Below the pieces are notes generated by a model. The model was not told the DNA's origin. It ran no database searches and saw nothing but the letters and a program-made list of their open reading frames with translations. Shown piece by piece: positions 42,155 to 50,611 of a DNA stretch of 64,000 nt (within the stretch, counting starts at the first letter, position 1; each line of letters starts with the position of its first letter). Source of the DNA: an uncultured Hyphomicrobiales bacterium. Lineage in GTDB: Bacteria; Pseudomonadota; Alphaproteobacteria; Rhizobiales; BM303. Made by a program: the position numbers and the translations under genes. The stretch covers positions 628 to 64,627 of the forward strand of contig CAZHLV010000085.1 of NCBI GenBank assembly GCA_964533415.1, written 5' to 3'.

Positions 42155-42663
42155 GCCAGCATGGCGAGGGGCACAAGGGCGCCCGTGAGCGTCTGGAGGG
42201 CATGAAGTCTTTGGAAGATATTCTTGAAACCGCCATGTCGTTTGAGGAAACCGCCGGGGCGTTTTATTCGGCGCTGAAAGACAAGGTGGGAAAACCGCTG
42301 CGCGAGCTTGTCGGGGAACTGGCTCTGGAAGAAGCAGAGCATTACCGCCTGTTCAAGGCGCTCAGGGACAACCCGGATATTGCCGGGCAATTATCCAGCC
42401 AGGTGCAGGCCCCGGCAGAGGATCATGATTTTTCCAGGTATATCCTGCTGCCGGACCTGGGAGAACATCCGGACGATCAGGCGATCTTGCAATATGCGCT
42501 GGCGCGCGAGGATGCGGCGGCCAAGCAATATGCCGACCTGGCGCAAACCACGCCGGAAGGACCGGTGCGCGACCTGTTCGCTTTCCTTGCCAGGGAAGAA
42601 ATCGAGCACAAGGCGGAGCTTGAAAAACGCTACTATCAACTGGTCCATGGCGGCGGCGTGTAG
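42151..42663 (+). CDS. Rubrerythrin/erythrin-like ferritin-fold diiron protein (no rubredoxin domain)
   Basis: Part of ORF 42037..42663. The ATG at 42151 overlaps the upstream stop (ATGA). The E-x6-Y ... ExxH pattern occurs twice: FEETAGAFY with EEAEH, and AREDAAAKQY with EEIEH. Confidence 0.7.
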   Translation: MSQHGEGHKGARERLEGMKSLEDILETAMSFEETAGAFYSALKDKVGKPLRELVGELALEEAEHYRLFKALRDNPDIAGQLSSQVQAPAEDHDFSRYILLPDLGEHPDDQAILQYALAREDAAAKQYADLAQTTPEGPVRDLFAFLAREEIEHKAELEKRYYQLVHGGGV

Positions 42664-42671
42664 AAAAACTC

Positions 42672-42700
42672 CCGCCCGGGAGGATGAACTGTACGGGCGG
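42672..42700. terminator. Bidirectional hairpin terminator between the operon and convergent htpG
   Basis: Stem ccgcccg/cgggcgg with a 15-nt loop. It is flanked by aaaaa on the left (a T-run for the minus strand) and aattt on the right. Confidence 0.55.
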
Positions 42701-42709
42701 AATTTGTGC

Positions 42710-44638
42710 CTATTTCATACCCTTCAGGATTAACGCATTGAGGCGGGTGACAAATCCGGTTGGGTCTTCAAGAACCTCTCCTTCCAGAATGCGGGCCTGA
42801 TCGAGCAGCAGATGGGCGGCATCGGCAATAAGGGTTTTGTCCTTGTCGGTTTTTTCGGCCAGCATCCGGATCATTTCATGATCCGGGTTGATCTCAAGGA
42901 TATGAAGGGCAGCCGGAGCCTCGCCCTTGGACTGCTTGAGAATTTTCTCAAGCCCAAGATCAGGCCCCCCTGCCCCGGCAACAAGACAGACAGGACTATC
43001 AACAAGGCGATCCGAGACGCGGACATCCTCGATCTGGCCTTCAAGGTTTTGTTTAATCAAGGCGGCAAGAGCGGCGATCCTGGCTTTGCCCGGTGATTTT
43101 TCGTCCTTGTCTTGCGCTTTTTTCTCATCCTTGTCCTTGCGCGGGATGCTATCAAGGTCAGCCCCGCCCCGGGTCACGGATTTGAACGGCTTGCCGTCAA
43201 AGCCGGTTACGGTCGAGGTCCAGAAGCTGTCCACCGGGTCGGTGAGCAGCAGAACCTCGACGCCCCTGGCCTTGAATCCCTCCAGTTGCGGGCTGGCGGC
43301 AGCCGCGGCGGCATTCTCGCCGGTGATGAAATAGATCGCGGTCTGGTTCTCGGCCATGTCGGCGACATAATCCTTCAACGAGCGCAGCTTGTCGCCCGAT
43401 GTGGTGGTCTTGAAGCGGGCCAGTTCCAGCAGGGCATCGCGGCGCTCGTAATCCTCGTATATGCCTTCCTTGATAACCGCGCCGAAGGCTTCCCAGAGGC
43501 TGGCGAAATCATCAGGTTTCTTGTCGGCCATCTTTGTCAGTTCGGACAGAACCCGCTTGGTGACCGCCTTGCGGATAGCGCCGGCCACCGGGTTGTTTTG
43601 CAGCATCTCGCGGCTGATGGTAAGCGGCATGTCTTCAGAATCCACCACCCCGCGCACAAAGCGCAGATAAGCGGGCAACATGTCGGCTTCATCGGTAATC
43701 AGGACACGGCGGACATAGAGCCGGATGCGGCCCTTGCGGTCCGGGTCGAACAGGTCAAAGGGGCGCGACTTGGGGATAAACAGCAGCACGGCATATTCAT
43801 GGCGCCCTTCCGCGCGGTAATGGATGATCTTGGCCGGTTCATCGTAAAGCCCGCAAATATGGCCATAAAATTCCTTGTAATCCTCGTCGGAGATTTCCGA
43901 TTTTGGCCGCATCCACAAGGCTCTTGCGGCGTTGAGAACATGGACATCTTCGGATTTGCCATCTTCAGACTTTTCGATCAGTTCAATGGGCAGCGGGATA
44001 TGATCGGAATAGGTCTTGACGATATGGCGCAGCTTTTCACTATCGAGAAATTCCGTTGCCTCATCGCGCATGTGCAGCGTGATACGGGTGCCGCGGGCAA
44101 GAGCGTCTTTTTTGAGTTTTGAAAGCTCGAACGACCCGGTGCCATCGGAGCGCCACGCCCAGACTTCGCTGGAACCGGCCCGGGTGCTCACCACTTCCAC
44201 CTCCCTGGCGACCATGAAGGCGGAGTAAAAGCCGATGCCGAACTGGCCGATCAGGGCGTTCTTGTCCTTGGCGTCATCGGCATTTTCCATGAAGGCGCGG
44301 GTGCCCGAGCGGGCCAGGGTGCCCAGATTGTCGGCCAGCTCATCATGGCTCATGCCGATGCCGTTATCGGTGATGGTAAGGGTATTGGCATCCTTGTCGG
44401 CCCGCAGGGTGATTTTCAGATCCGGGTCATCTTTGAGAAGTTTGTCATTGGTGAGCGCCTCATAGCGCAGTTTCTCGCACGCATCTGAGGCGTTGGAGAT
44501 CAACTCGCGCAGGAAAACCTCGCGTTCGGAGTAAACCGAATGCACCAGAATATCGAGAAGGCGCGAAACCTCGGCACGAAATTCGTGGGTTTCGTTGTTT
44601 GATGTTTTTGGTGATTTGGACGTTTTTGTATCCGACAT
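42710..44638 (-). CDS. htpG: Molecular chaperone HtpG (Hsp90)
   Basis: 642 aa with FRAEVSRLLDILVHSVYSEREVFLRELISNASDA and GQFGIGFYSAFMVA motifs. Confidence 0.95.
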   Translation of the reverse strand: MSDTKTSKSPKTSNNETHEFRAEVSRLLDILVHSVYSEREVFLRELISNASDACEKLRYEALTNDKLLKDDPDLKITLRADKDANTLTITDNGIGMSHDELADNLGTLARSGTRAFMENADDAKDKNALIGQFGIGFYSAFMVAREVEVVSTRAGSSEVWAWRSDGTGSFELSKLKKDALARGTRITLHMRDEATEFLDSEKLRHIVKTYSDHIPLPIELIEKSEDGKSEDVHVLNAARALWMRPKSEISDEDYKEFYGHICGLYDEPAKIIHYRAEGRHEYAVLLFIPKSRPFDLFDPDRKGRIRLYVRRVLITDEADMLPAYLRFVRGVVDSEDMPLTISREMLQNNPVAGAIRKAVTKRVLSELTKMADKKPDDFASLWEAFGAVIKEGIYEDYERRDALLELARFKTTTSGDKLRSLKDYVADMAENQTAIYFITGENAAAAAASPQLEGFKARGVEVLLLTDPVDSFWTSTVTGFDGKPFKSVTRGGADLDSIPRKDKDEKKAQDKDEKSPGKARIAALAALIKQNLEGQIEDVRVSDRLVDSPVCLVAGAGGPDLGLEKILKQSKGEAPAALHILEINPDHEMIRMLAEKTDKDKTLIADAAHLLLDQARILEGEVLEDPTGFVTRLNALILKGMK

Positions 44639-44883
44639 GATCCGTCATCCCTTATGACTCTAAAATTATCAGGAATATTTGTCGGTTCAGGTCCAAGTTC
44701 AAGGGGGGAAAGACAAAAATAGGCCCGGTTCATTACTCAGGACTGCGGGGGCTGGGGGGCTGAGAAATCCGCAGGTCCAAACACGAACCGGGCCGTTTGA
44801 GGCAACATCATCTGTATAGAAACGCAATGCGGCGGAGAAAGGGCGCAAATATGGCAATAATGTGATTTCTTGGAAAAAGGGGG

Positions 44884-44944
44884 AATCATAAAAGGCGGGA
44901 GAAAACGCAAGATCAAGGGGTCGCGTTCCAGCGTTTCTCCCGCC
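44884..44944 (-). terminator. Hairpin plus T-run (minus strand), about 190 nt downstream of the amidotransferase gene
   Basis: The stems ggcgggagaaaacgc and gcgtttctcccgcc span 44894-44944. On the minus strand the hairpin is followed by ttttatgatt. Confidence 0.5.
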
Positions 44945-45131
44945 TTTAGTACTGAGAACATATTCAATGTCCCCAACATGTCTTTTATCAGCAAGAGCTG
45001 TGCCAACTTTGATATTTCAATATATAGTGCCTTTGGCTCCAGAAAGCCATAAATATAGATTGTTTGCGTCCGGTTACTTGCGGGGATTCGCAATTTGCAA
45101 GTCAATTTGCAATGCGGAGTGCAAGATGGAG

Positions 45132-45848
45132 TTATATCTCCTGACTGGCCGGTATGGGCGGATGGGCTTTTAGCCAGGTATCCAGAAAACTGTCGAGCCA
45201 TCTGGCCAGCGCACTGTCATAGTGAGAACGACCATAAAAATGCAGCCTTTTGGGCTGGGCACATTTCTTTTCCAGCATGGCCGCACCGACACAGGTCCAG
45301 CGGTTCATCATGGCAAGCGTGAGTTCGGGGTGAAATTGCAGGCCAAAAGCGTGCTGGCCATAAGCCATGGCCTGGTTGCGAAACAGCTCGCCCCTGGCCA
45401 GCAGCCGTGCACCATGGGGGATGTCAAAGCCTTCATGGTGCCATTGATACACACGGGCAGGCCACTGGGCGATGAACTTGCGGCCCTCCATGGTGGGGCG
45501 GATGGGATAATAACCGGCTTCAACACAGCCATGCCTGTGGCGGCGCACCCGGGCGCCCAGTTGCTTGGCGAGAAGATGCGCGCCAAGGCAAATACCCAGA
45601 AAGGGTTTGTCTTCGCGCAAGGGGACATGGATCCAGTCGATCTCTTTCCTGATGAAGTCCGAACCATCATTGGCGAACATGGGGCCGCCGAAAATAATGG
45701 CCCCGGCGTGATTCTGCATGGTTCCGGGCAGGACATCGCCATAGCGCGGGCGCTTGATATCAAGTGTATAGCCGCGGTGTACAAGGGCTTCTCCCAGCCG
45801 TCCGGGGGTCGAGTTTTTCTGGTGCAGTATGATGAGAATCTTGCTCAA
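45132..45848 (-). CDS. Class I glutamine amidotransferase-like protein
   Basis: 238 aa with the nucleophile elbow GICLGAHLL and a His/Glu region (WHHEGF, QFHPE). Confidence 0.8.
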   Translation of the reverse strand: MSKILIILHQKNSTPGRLGEALVHRGYTLDIKRPRYGDVLPGTMQNHAGAIIFGGPMFANDGSDFIRKEIDWIHVPLREDKPFLGICLGAHLLAKQLGARVRRHRHGCVEAGYYPIRPTMEGRKFIAQWPARVYQWHHEGFDIPHGARLLARGELFRNQAMAYGQHAFGLQFHPELTLAMMNRWTCVGAAMLEKKCAQPKRLHFYGRSHYDSALARWLDSFLDTWLKAHPPIPASQEI

Positions 45849-45864
45849 AGCCCTGTCCTGTGTT

Positions 45865-46341
45865 TTATTCCGGGGAGGAAACTTGCGATGCGCCCAGGCG
45901 TGCCTTGACCCGGCTTTTCAATTTCAGGCGATCCTGGCGCGAAACGCCCAGCAGTTCTGAGGCGCGCCAGACGAGATTGGATTCATATTCATCCAGCCGC
46001 CCATCGGCGAATGCCATTTCCCAGAGCATTTCAACGATTTCCTTGCGTCCCTCCTGGCCCAGTCGGCGGGTCAAAACCCGGGTGAAACTGTAGATATCTA
46101 TGGAATCTTCCTCGCGTTGGCGCGCCGCGGCGACCAATGTATCCACCTGCTCCCCGGTAAGATCAAAATGTCTTTTCATCAACTCTTCAAGCTGTTTTTG
46201 CTCCTCGGGCGCATAGTCCCCGTCAATGGCGGCGACATGAACCAGAAGGGCCGCCACGGCAAGCTGAAACTCATCCGGGGCAAGTGGCTCCGTCTCGCCA
46301 TCCAATAATCCATCAAACATTTTTTTTAAGGAAGTCCACAT
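45865..46341 (-). CDS. TerB-family (tellurite-resistance-like) protein
   Basis: 158 aa. Segments VAALLVHVAAIDGDYAPEEQ and EMLWEMAFADGRLDEYESNLV are typical of TerB-like domains. Confidence 0.7.
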   Translation of the reverse strand: MWTSLKKMFDGLLDGETEPLAPDEFQLAVAALLVHVAAIDGDYAPEEQKQLEELMKRHFDLTGEQVDTLVAAARQREEDSIDIYSFTRVLTRRLGQEGRKEIVEMLWEMAFADGRLDEYESNLVWRASELLGVSRQDRLKLKSRVKARLGASQVSSPE

Positions 46342-46393
46342 CTGTCCAGCCCTGTATTTGAGAGGGAGGTTCTACACTATTTTGGTAAATAAG

Positions 46394-47227
46394 CTACTCA
46401 CCAGCCCATTTGGGGATCAGGTCACGGATTTCAACGGCGCTCAGGAGCGAGCGCCGGGATTTGCGCGCGATTAAAGTGGCTTGTTTCACCAGATCCTCGT
46501 TTGCACCCACGAGCTTGCCGTTTGCATCCACCAGGTTATTTTCAAATCCAACCCGCAGATGCCCACCCAGCCGGGCCGCTTTGTCCATGCAGGCGGCTTC
46601 ATGGCGGCCAAAGGCGCAGACCATCCACGGCCATTTATACTCGCCCAGGATTTCCAGGAAAGGGTCAAGATCAGCAGGGCGGGCTTCACAGCACCCGTAT
46701 TGCCCTAAAACAAAAAGCAAGAACGGCTTGTGAAAAGGGATCAGGCCACGCTTGTAAAGCCGGATGAAGCGATACAGTTCACCGGGGGCATAGAGAATGA
46801 ATTGCGGCCAGATCCGGCGCTGGGCAAGCTTGCTCAAAAAAACGGTGGCCTCATGTTCGGTTGATTCATCGGGGATTATTTCTCGCAAGGCGAGCGAGAC
46901 GGCTTCAGGATGCAGGATATCAACGATCTGCATCTGTTCAGATGCGCGATAGCGGCCAACGGCCTCGGTGGTGACCTGTATGACCATCTTTTCACCGATG
47001 AGCCTGTGGATTTCCTCCATGGCCCTGGAATATATGCCGGCATCAAGGGTGTGGGCGCCAAGGGCATCACGAACATGCAAGTGTAAAATCGACGCGCCAG
47101 CCTCAAGGCAGGAACTTGCGGTTCGGGCGATTTCCCCGGGAGCCAGGGGGATCTCCGGGTGATCCGCCTTGCTGCGCCGCGCTCCGTTTGGCGCAGTCAT
47201 AATCATGATCGGGGATGGGTTTTCCAT
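46394..47227 (-). CDS. BKACE-family (3-keto-5-aminohexanoate cleavage-like, DUF849) enzyme
   Basis: 277 aa. MIMTAPNGARRSKADHPEIPLAPGEIA...ILHLHVRD is typical of the family. Confidence 0.8.
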   Translation of the reverse strand: MENPSPIMIMTAPNGARRSKADHPEIPLAPGEIARTASSCLEAGASILHLHVRDALGAHTLDAGIYSRAMEEIHRLIGEKMVIQVTTEAVGRYRASEQMQIVDILHPEAVSLALREIIPDESTEHEATVFLSKLAQRRIWPQFILYAPGELYRFIRLYKRGLIPFHKPFLLFVLGQYGCCEARPADLDPFLEILGEYKWPWMVCAFGRHEAACMDKAARLGGHLRVGFENNLVDANGKLVGANEDLVKQATLIARKSRRSLLSAVEIRDLIPKWAGE

Positions 47228-47238
47228 GTGCGTTATCT

Positions 47239-48603
47239 TCAGACAGCGCGGGCATTGACCTGGGCAATGGCTTCATCAAGGCTCACTGCCAGCTTGTCCA
47301 CCAGCAAGTCCATTTCCTCTTCGGTAATGATGAAGGGCGGCGCCAGGAGGATATGATCGCCCCTGATCCCGTCCGCGGTACCACCGCCGGGATAAATCAG
47401 CAGATTATGGTTAAAAGCGGTTTGCTTGATCCGGGTATTGAGCTTGTCTTCAGGAGCAAAAGTTTCCTTGCTGCGCTTGTCCTGTACCAGTTCGATCCCG
47501 ATAAACAGCCCGCGGCCACGGATATCGCCGACATGCGGATGATCGGCAAATTTGTCCTGCAACATGTCCCTGAGACGTGCGCCCTTTTGCCGGACCTGTT
47601 CAAGAAGACCATCACGCGCAATGATCTTTTGCACCGCCAGGGCGCCGGCAGCAGCAGCAGCGTGACCCATATAGGTGTGGCCGTGCTGGAAAAAACCTGC
47701 CGCTTCGCGCACCACGTCGACAATCTTGTCCTGGACCAGAAGCCCGCCAATGGGCTGGTAACCACCACCCAGAGCCTTGGCGATGGTAATCATGTCGGGA
47801 ATCACGTCATCCTGCTCGCAGGCATACAAGGTTCCGGTGCGGCCCATGCCGCACATCACTTCGTCAAGAACAAGCAAGACGCCATATTGGTCGCAAATCC
47901 GGCGAATCTCCCTGAAATATCCCGGAGCTGGGGGAACAGCCCCGGCAGTGGCGCCAACAACGGTTTCGGCAAAAAAGGCGGCAACACGCTCCGGGCCGAT
48001 GCGCAAGATTTCCTCTTCAAGATCCCGCGCAGAACGAAGCGCATAGTCTGTATCGCTTTCACCCTGCATCTTGTTGCGATAGGCAAAACACGGGGCGATA
48101 TGGCTGACTTTTCCGGGCAGAATATCTTCATAGGGTTTGCGGCGCACCAGATTGCCGCCCAGCGCCAGCGCGCCCAGGGTGTTGCCGTGATAGGAGCGCC
48201 AGCGGGCAATATAATACATCCGTTCCGGGTCACCGCGCCCCATGTGATACTGGCGCACCAGCTTCATGGCGGCCTCTACCGCTTCAGAGCCGCCTGAAAC
48301 CAGATAGGCTCGGGAGATGCCTTGCGGGGCTCGATCTGTCAAAAAGGCGGCAAGTTCTTCTGCTGCTTCATTGGTGAAGGAGCCGGTATGGGCAAAGGCA
48401 ATCTTGTCGAGTTGCGCCTTGATGGCAGCAATGACCTCCTTGTTGCCATGACCAAGGGCAGCCACGGCGGCGCCGCCAGAACCATCAAGATAACGTTCGT
48501 GGTTGTTGCCAATGAGCCAGGAACCTTCACCCCCGGTGACAATTGGGTACGAGGCGCGCAAAGAGCGGTGAAATACGCGGGTATCTTCAGGTGAATGTGA
48601 CAT
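47239..48603 (-). CDS. Class III (omega-type) PLP-dependent aminotransferase
   Basis: Part of ORF 47239..48924, with the start at MSHSPEDT (cat at 48601..48603). Motifs include GSEAVEAAMKL, DEVMCGMGRTG and TIAKALGGGYQPIG. Confidence 0.85.
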   Translation of the reverse strand: MSHSPEDTRVFHRSLRASYPIVTGGEGSWLIGNNHERYLDGSGGAAVAALGHGNKEVIAAIKAQLDKIAFAHTGSFTNEAAEELAAFLTDRAPQGISRAYLVSGGSEAVEAAMKLVRQYHMGRGDPERMYYIARWRSYHGNTLGALALGGNLVRRKPYEDILPGKVSHIAPCFAYRNKMQGESDTDYALRSARDLEEEILRIGPERVAAFFAETVVGATAGAVPPAPGYFREIRRICDQYGVLLVLDEVMCGMGRTGTLYACEQDDVIPDMITIAKALGGGYQPIGGLLVQDKIVDVVREAAGFFQHGHTYMGHAAAAAGALAVQKIIARDGLLEQVRQKGARLRDMLQDKFADHPHVGDIRGRGLFIGIELVQDKRSKETFAPEDKLNTRIKQTAFNHNLLIYPGGGTADGIRGDHILLAPPFIITEEEMDLLVDKLAVSLDEAIAQVNARAV

Positions 48604-48807
48604 GATCTGCGGCTTTTTTCCATGTTGTTTCTCAATTCGCACCAGCCGTATCCGTGGGCCGGAATCAGGACTATATGCCTGGTCTTTTTCTCTGGCGATC
48701 CTTATTTTTGTAATATTTCGTGAGATGGTTACATGGACAGATGCCGGACCGGGCGGCAAAGCCTTCCGGTTGTGATTTGCGTAACCTTTTTCATGTTTAT
48801 TAACCAC

Positions 48808-50250
48808 ATGGATATTTCTGCTCTCTCCAACCCGCCGCCTGGTATGCAGGGCATGGCTAAATCTGCCGCGGCGAACATGCTTGTCCTTGAGGCCGGACAA
48901 AGCATCGAGGCGCGGGTGGCGCAAATCCTGGCCAAGGGGGTGATGCTGCTTGACTTGAGCAGCGCCCGGCTCATGGTCAAGACGCAGGAGTCTTTACCCG
49001 CGGGGCAAAAACTGAATCTGCAAGTCGAATCGGACAAGGGCAATGTCCGCCTTGTAATATTAAATAATACAGACGGCAAAGCTACTGTAAAACTTGATGT
49101 TTTGCAGGCGCATGGCGGGCTGGGCCGGGGGACGGCCAGCGGGGCGGGGGCGCCGGTATCCAAAAATACCGGGATGCCTTCTCAACCCCGGAGCCGCAAT
49201 TTGCCTTCTCAAGAACCCCCGCAGGCTTTGCGCATGACACGGGATGAACAATCTGAACCGGTAAAAAATTCCGTGCGCGGGGCGGCGCCTGTTGACGGGG
49301 ACTCCCGGCCAGTTGTCAAAACCGCATCTCAGGCCCTGCAGGCGGAAATTTCCAGGGCGGTACAAAAGGCCATTACAAACCAGAACAGCTTGAGCGGTAT
49401 CTTTGCTGAGGCCCGGCAGGTGCTTCAAGACCCGAAAGCGCGGTTGCCTGAAAATGTTCAGCAGGCATTGAAAAACCTGTTGGGCCTGCGCCTTTCCGGG
49501 CAAGGGAAAATATCGGGTCCGGATATCCGGCAGGCATTCTCCGGGTCCGGGATTTTCATGGAAAACCGGTTGGCGGGAAAAACTGCCGGAGAGTTTTCTG
49601 CTGGAGCGGATCTGAAATCGGCGCTTGTGCGTTTGAACGGGGCGCTCAAGGCTTGGCTGGGCGAGACGGCCCAGCCCCACACCGCGCCTCAAACCCGGCT
49701 TTCTCCTCCATTCAAACAAGGAATGCCGCAGGGCCAGCCACCGCGTTCGCCGGTTCTGGAGACCGGGTCTGCCTTGCCCGAAGCCGGGCGAATCTTGCTG
49801 GGAGAGGCGCGTGCGGCGCTTTCGCGTCTTACGCTTTTGCAAACGGCCTCCTTGCCGAGTCACAATGATGCAGCCCTCCAGCGGGCAGCGGAATGGAATT
49901 TTGAAATTCCTCTCAAGCTGGGTGAAGAAACAGCTATTGCCCAGTTCCGGATTGATAGTGAAACCAAGGGGGAGAGGTCGGTGGAACAGAGGCAGTGGAA
50001 TGTTCAGATTTCGCTGGATGTTCCGCAAACCGGACCTGTGCATGCGGCGCTGAGTTTGCGGGGAGAAGCCGTGCGGATCAACTTGTGGGCGCAGCATGAT
50101 GACACCCTGGCCATGTTCAAATCACAAAAAGCATGGTTGAAAGCCGCGCTTGAAGACAGCGGCCTTGAAGCCGGGAGGATATCTTTTCAAAAAGGGTTGC
50201 CGAAGGTGAAAGCTCCTGAGCCTGGTTCAATAATGGACCAAATCCAATGA
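48808..50250 (+). CDS. Flagellar hook-length control protein FliK-like
   Basis: Pro/Gln/Ser-rich middle region. The C-terminal block (EWNFEIPLKLGEETAIAQFRI...VRINLWAQHDDTLAMFKSQKAWLKAALEDSGL) resembles the Flg_hook domain. The start is uncertain. Confidence 0.55.
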   Translation: MDISALSNPPPGMQGMAKSAAANMLVLEAGQSIEARVAQILAKGVMLLDLSSARLMVKTQESLPAGQKLNLQVESDKGNVRLVILNNTDGKATVKLDVLQAHGGLGRGTASGAGAPVSKNTGMPSQPRSRNLPSQEPPQALRMTRDEQSEPVKNSVRGAAPVDGDSRPVVKTASQALQAEISRAVQKAITNQNSLSGIFAEARQVLQDPKARLPENVQQALKNLLGLRLSGQGKISGPDIRQAFSGSGIFMENRLAGKTAGEFSAGADLKSALVRLNGALKAWLGETAQPHTAPQTRLSPPFKQGMPQGQPPRSPVLETGSALPEAGRILLGEARAALSRLTLLQTASLPSHNDAALQRAAEWNFEIPLKLGEETAIAQFRIDSETKGERSVEQRQWNVQISLDVPQTGPVHAALSLRGEAVRINLWAQHDDTLAMFKSQKAWLKAALEDSGLEAGRISFQKGLPKVKAPEPGSIMDQIQ

Positions 50251-50528
50251 GAACTGGAAATCCAAAAACCGCTATTGCCCTGAAATATGAACCTGGTGGG
50301 ACGCCCCGGGTTAGCGCCAAGGGCGAGGGGGAAATGGCCGAGCGGATTCTTGCTGTTGCCCGCGAGCATGGTGTCGATATTGAAGAAAACCCGTTGCTGG
50401 CGCAAGCCCTGGCCCAGGTTGAAATCGATCAAGAAATTCCACCCGACCTTTATATCGCGGTTGCTGAAATCATCAATTTTATTTTGCATTGCTCAACCCT
50501 GCCTTCGCAAAACCTTCCGGAAAGGTAA
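50247..50528 (+). CDS. FlhB C-terminal-domain-like (EscU/YscU/HrcU family) small protein
   Basis: 93 aa (AIALKYEPGGTPRVSAKGEGEMAERILAVAREHGVDIEENPLLAQAL). ATGA overlap with the fliK-like gene. Confidence 0.75.
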   Translation: MRTGNPKTAIALKYEPGGTPRVSAKGEGEMAERILAVAREHGVDIEENPLLAQALAQVEIDQEIPPDLYIAVAEIINFILHCSTLPSQNLPER

Positions 50529-50611
50529 TATCATACCGATTTACCAAAATTTAGAATTATGCTTCTAGGCTGATAGTCTGGGAAGTCATGTTGAGATGAA
50601 GTGGCAAGAAC

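Noticed and set aside
44660-44710. Sigma-32 (RpoH) heat-shock promoter upstream of htpG. The minus strand reads ccccCCTTGAActtggacctgaaccgacaaatattcc.
   Set aside because: The -35-like CCCTTGAA is convincing. The -10 region (caaatatt) fits CCCCATNT or CYTATNT poorly. It is plausible but not supportable without transcription-start data.
44737-45201. ORFs in the htpG-amidotransferase spacer (44737..45201 minus strand, 44870..45052 plus strand, 44967..45173 plus strand) as real small proteins.
   Set aside because: Low GC, odd composition and no RBS or family resemblance. The region is better explained as UTR, terminator or regulatory DNA.
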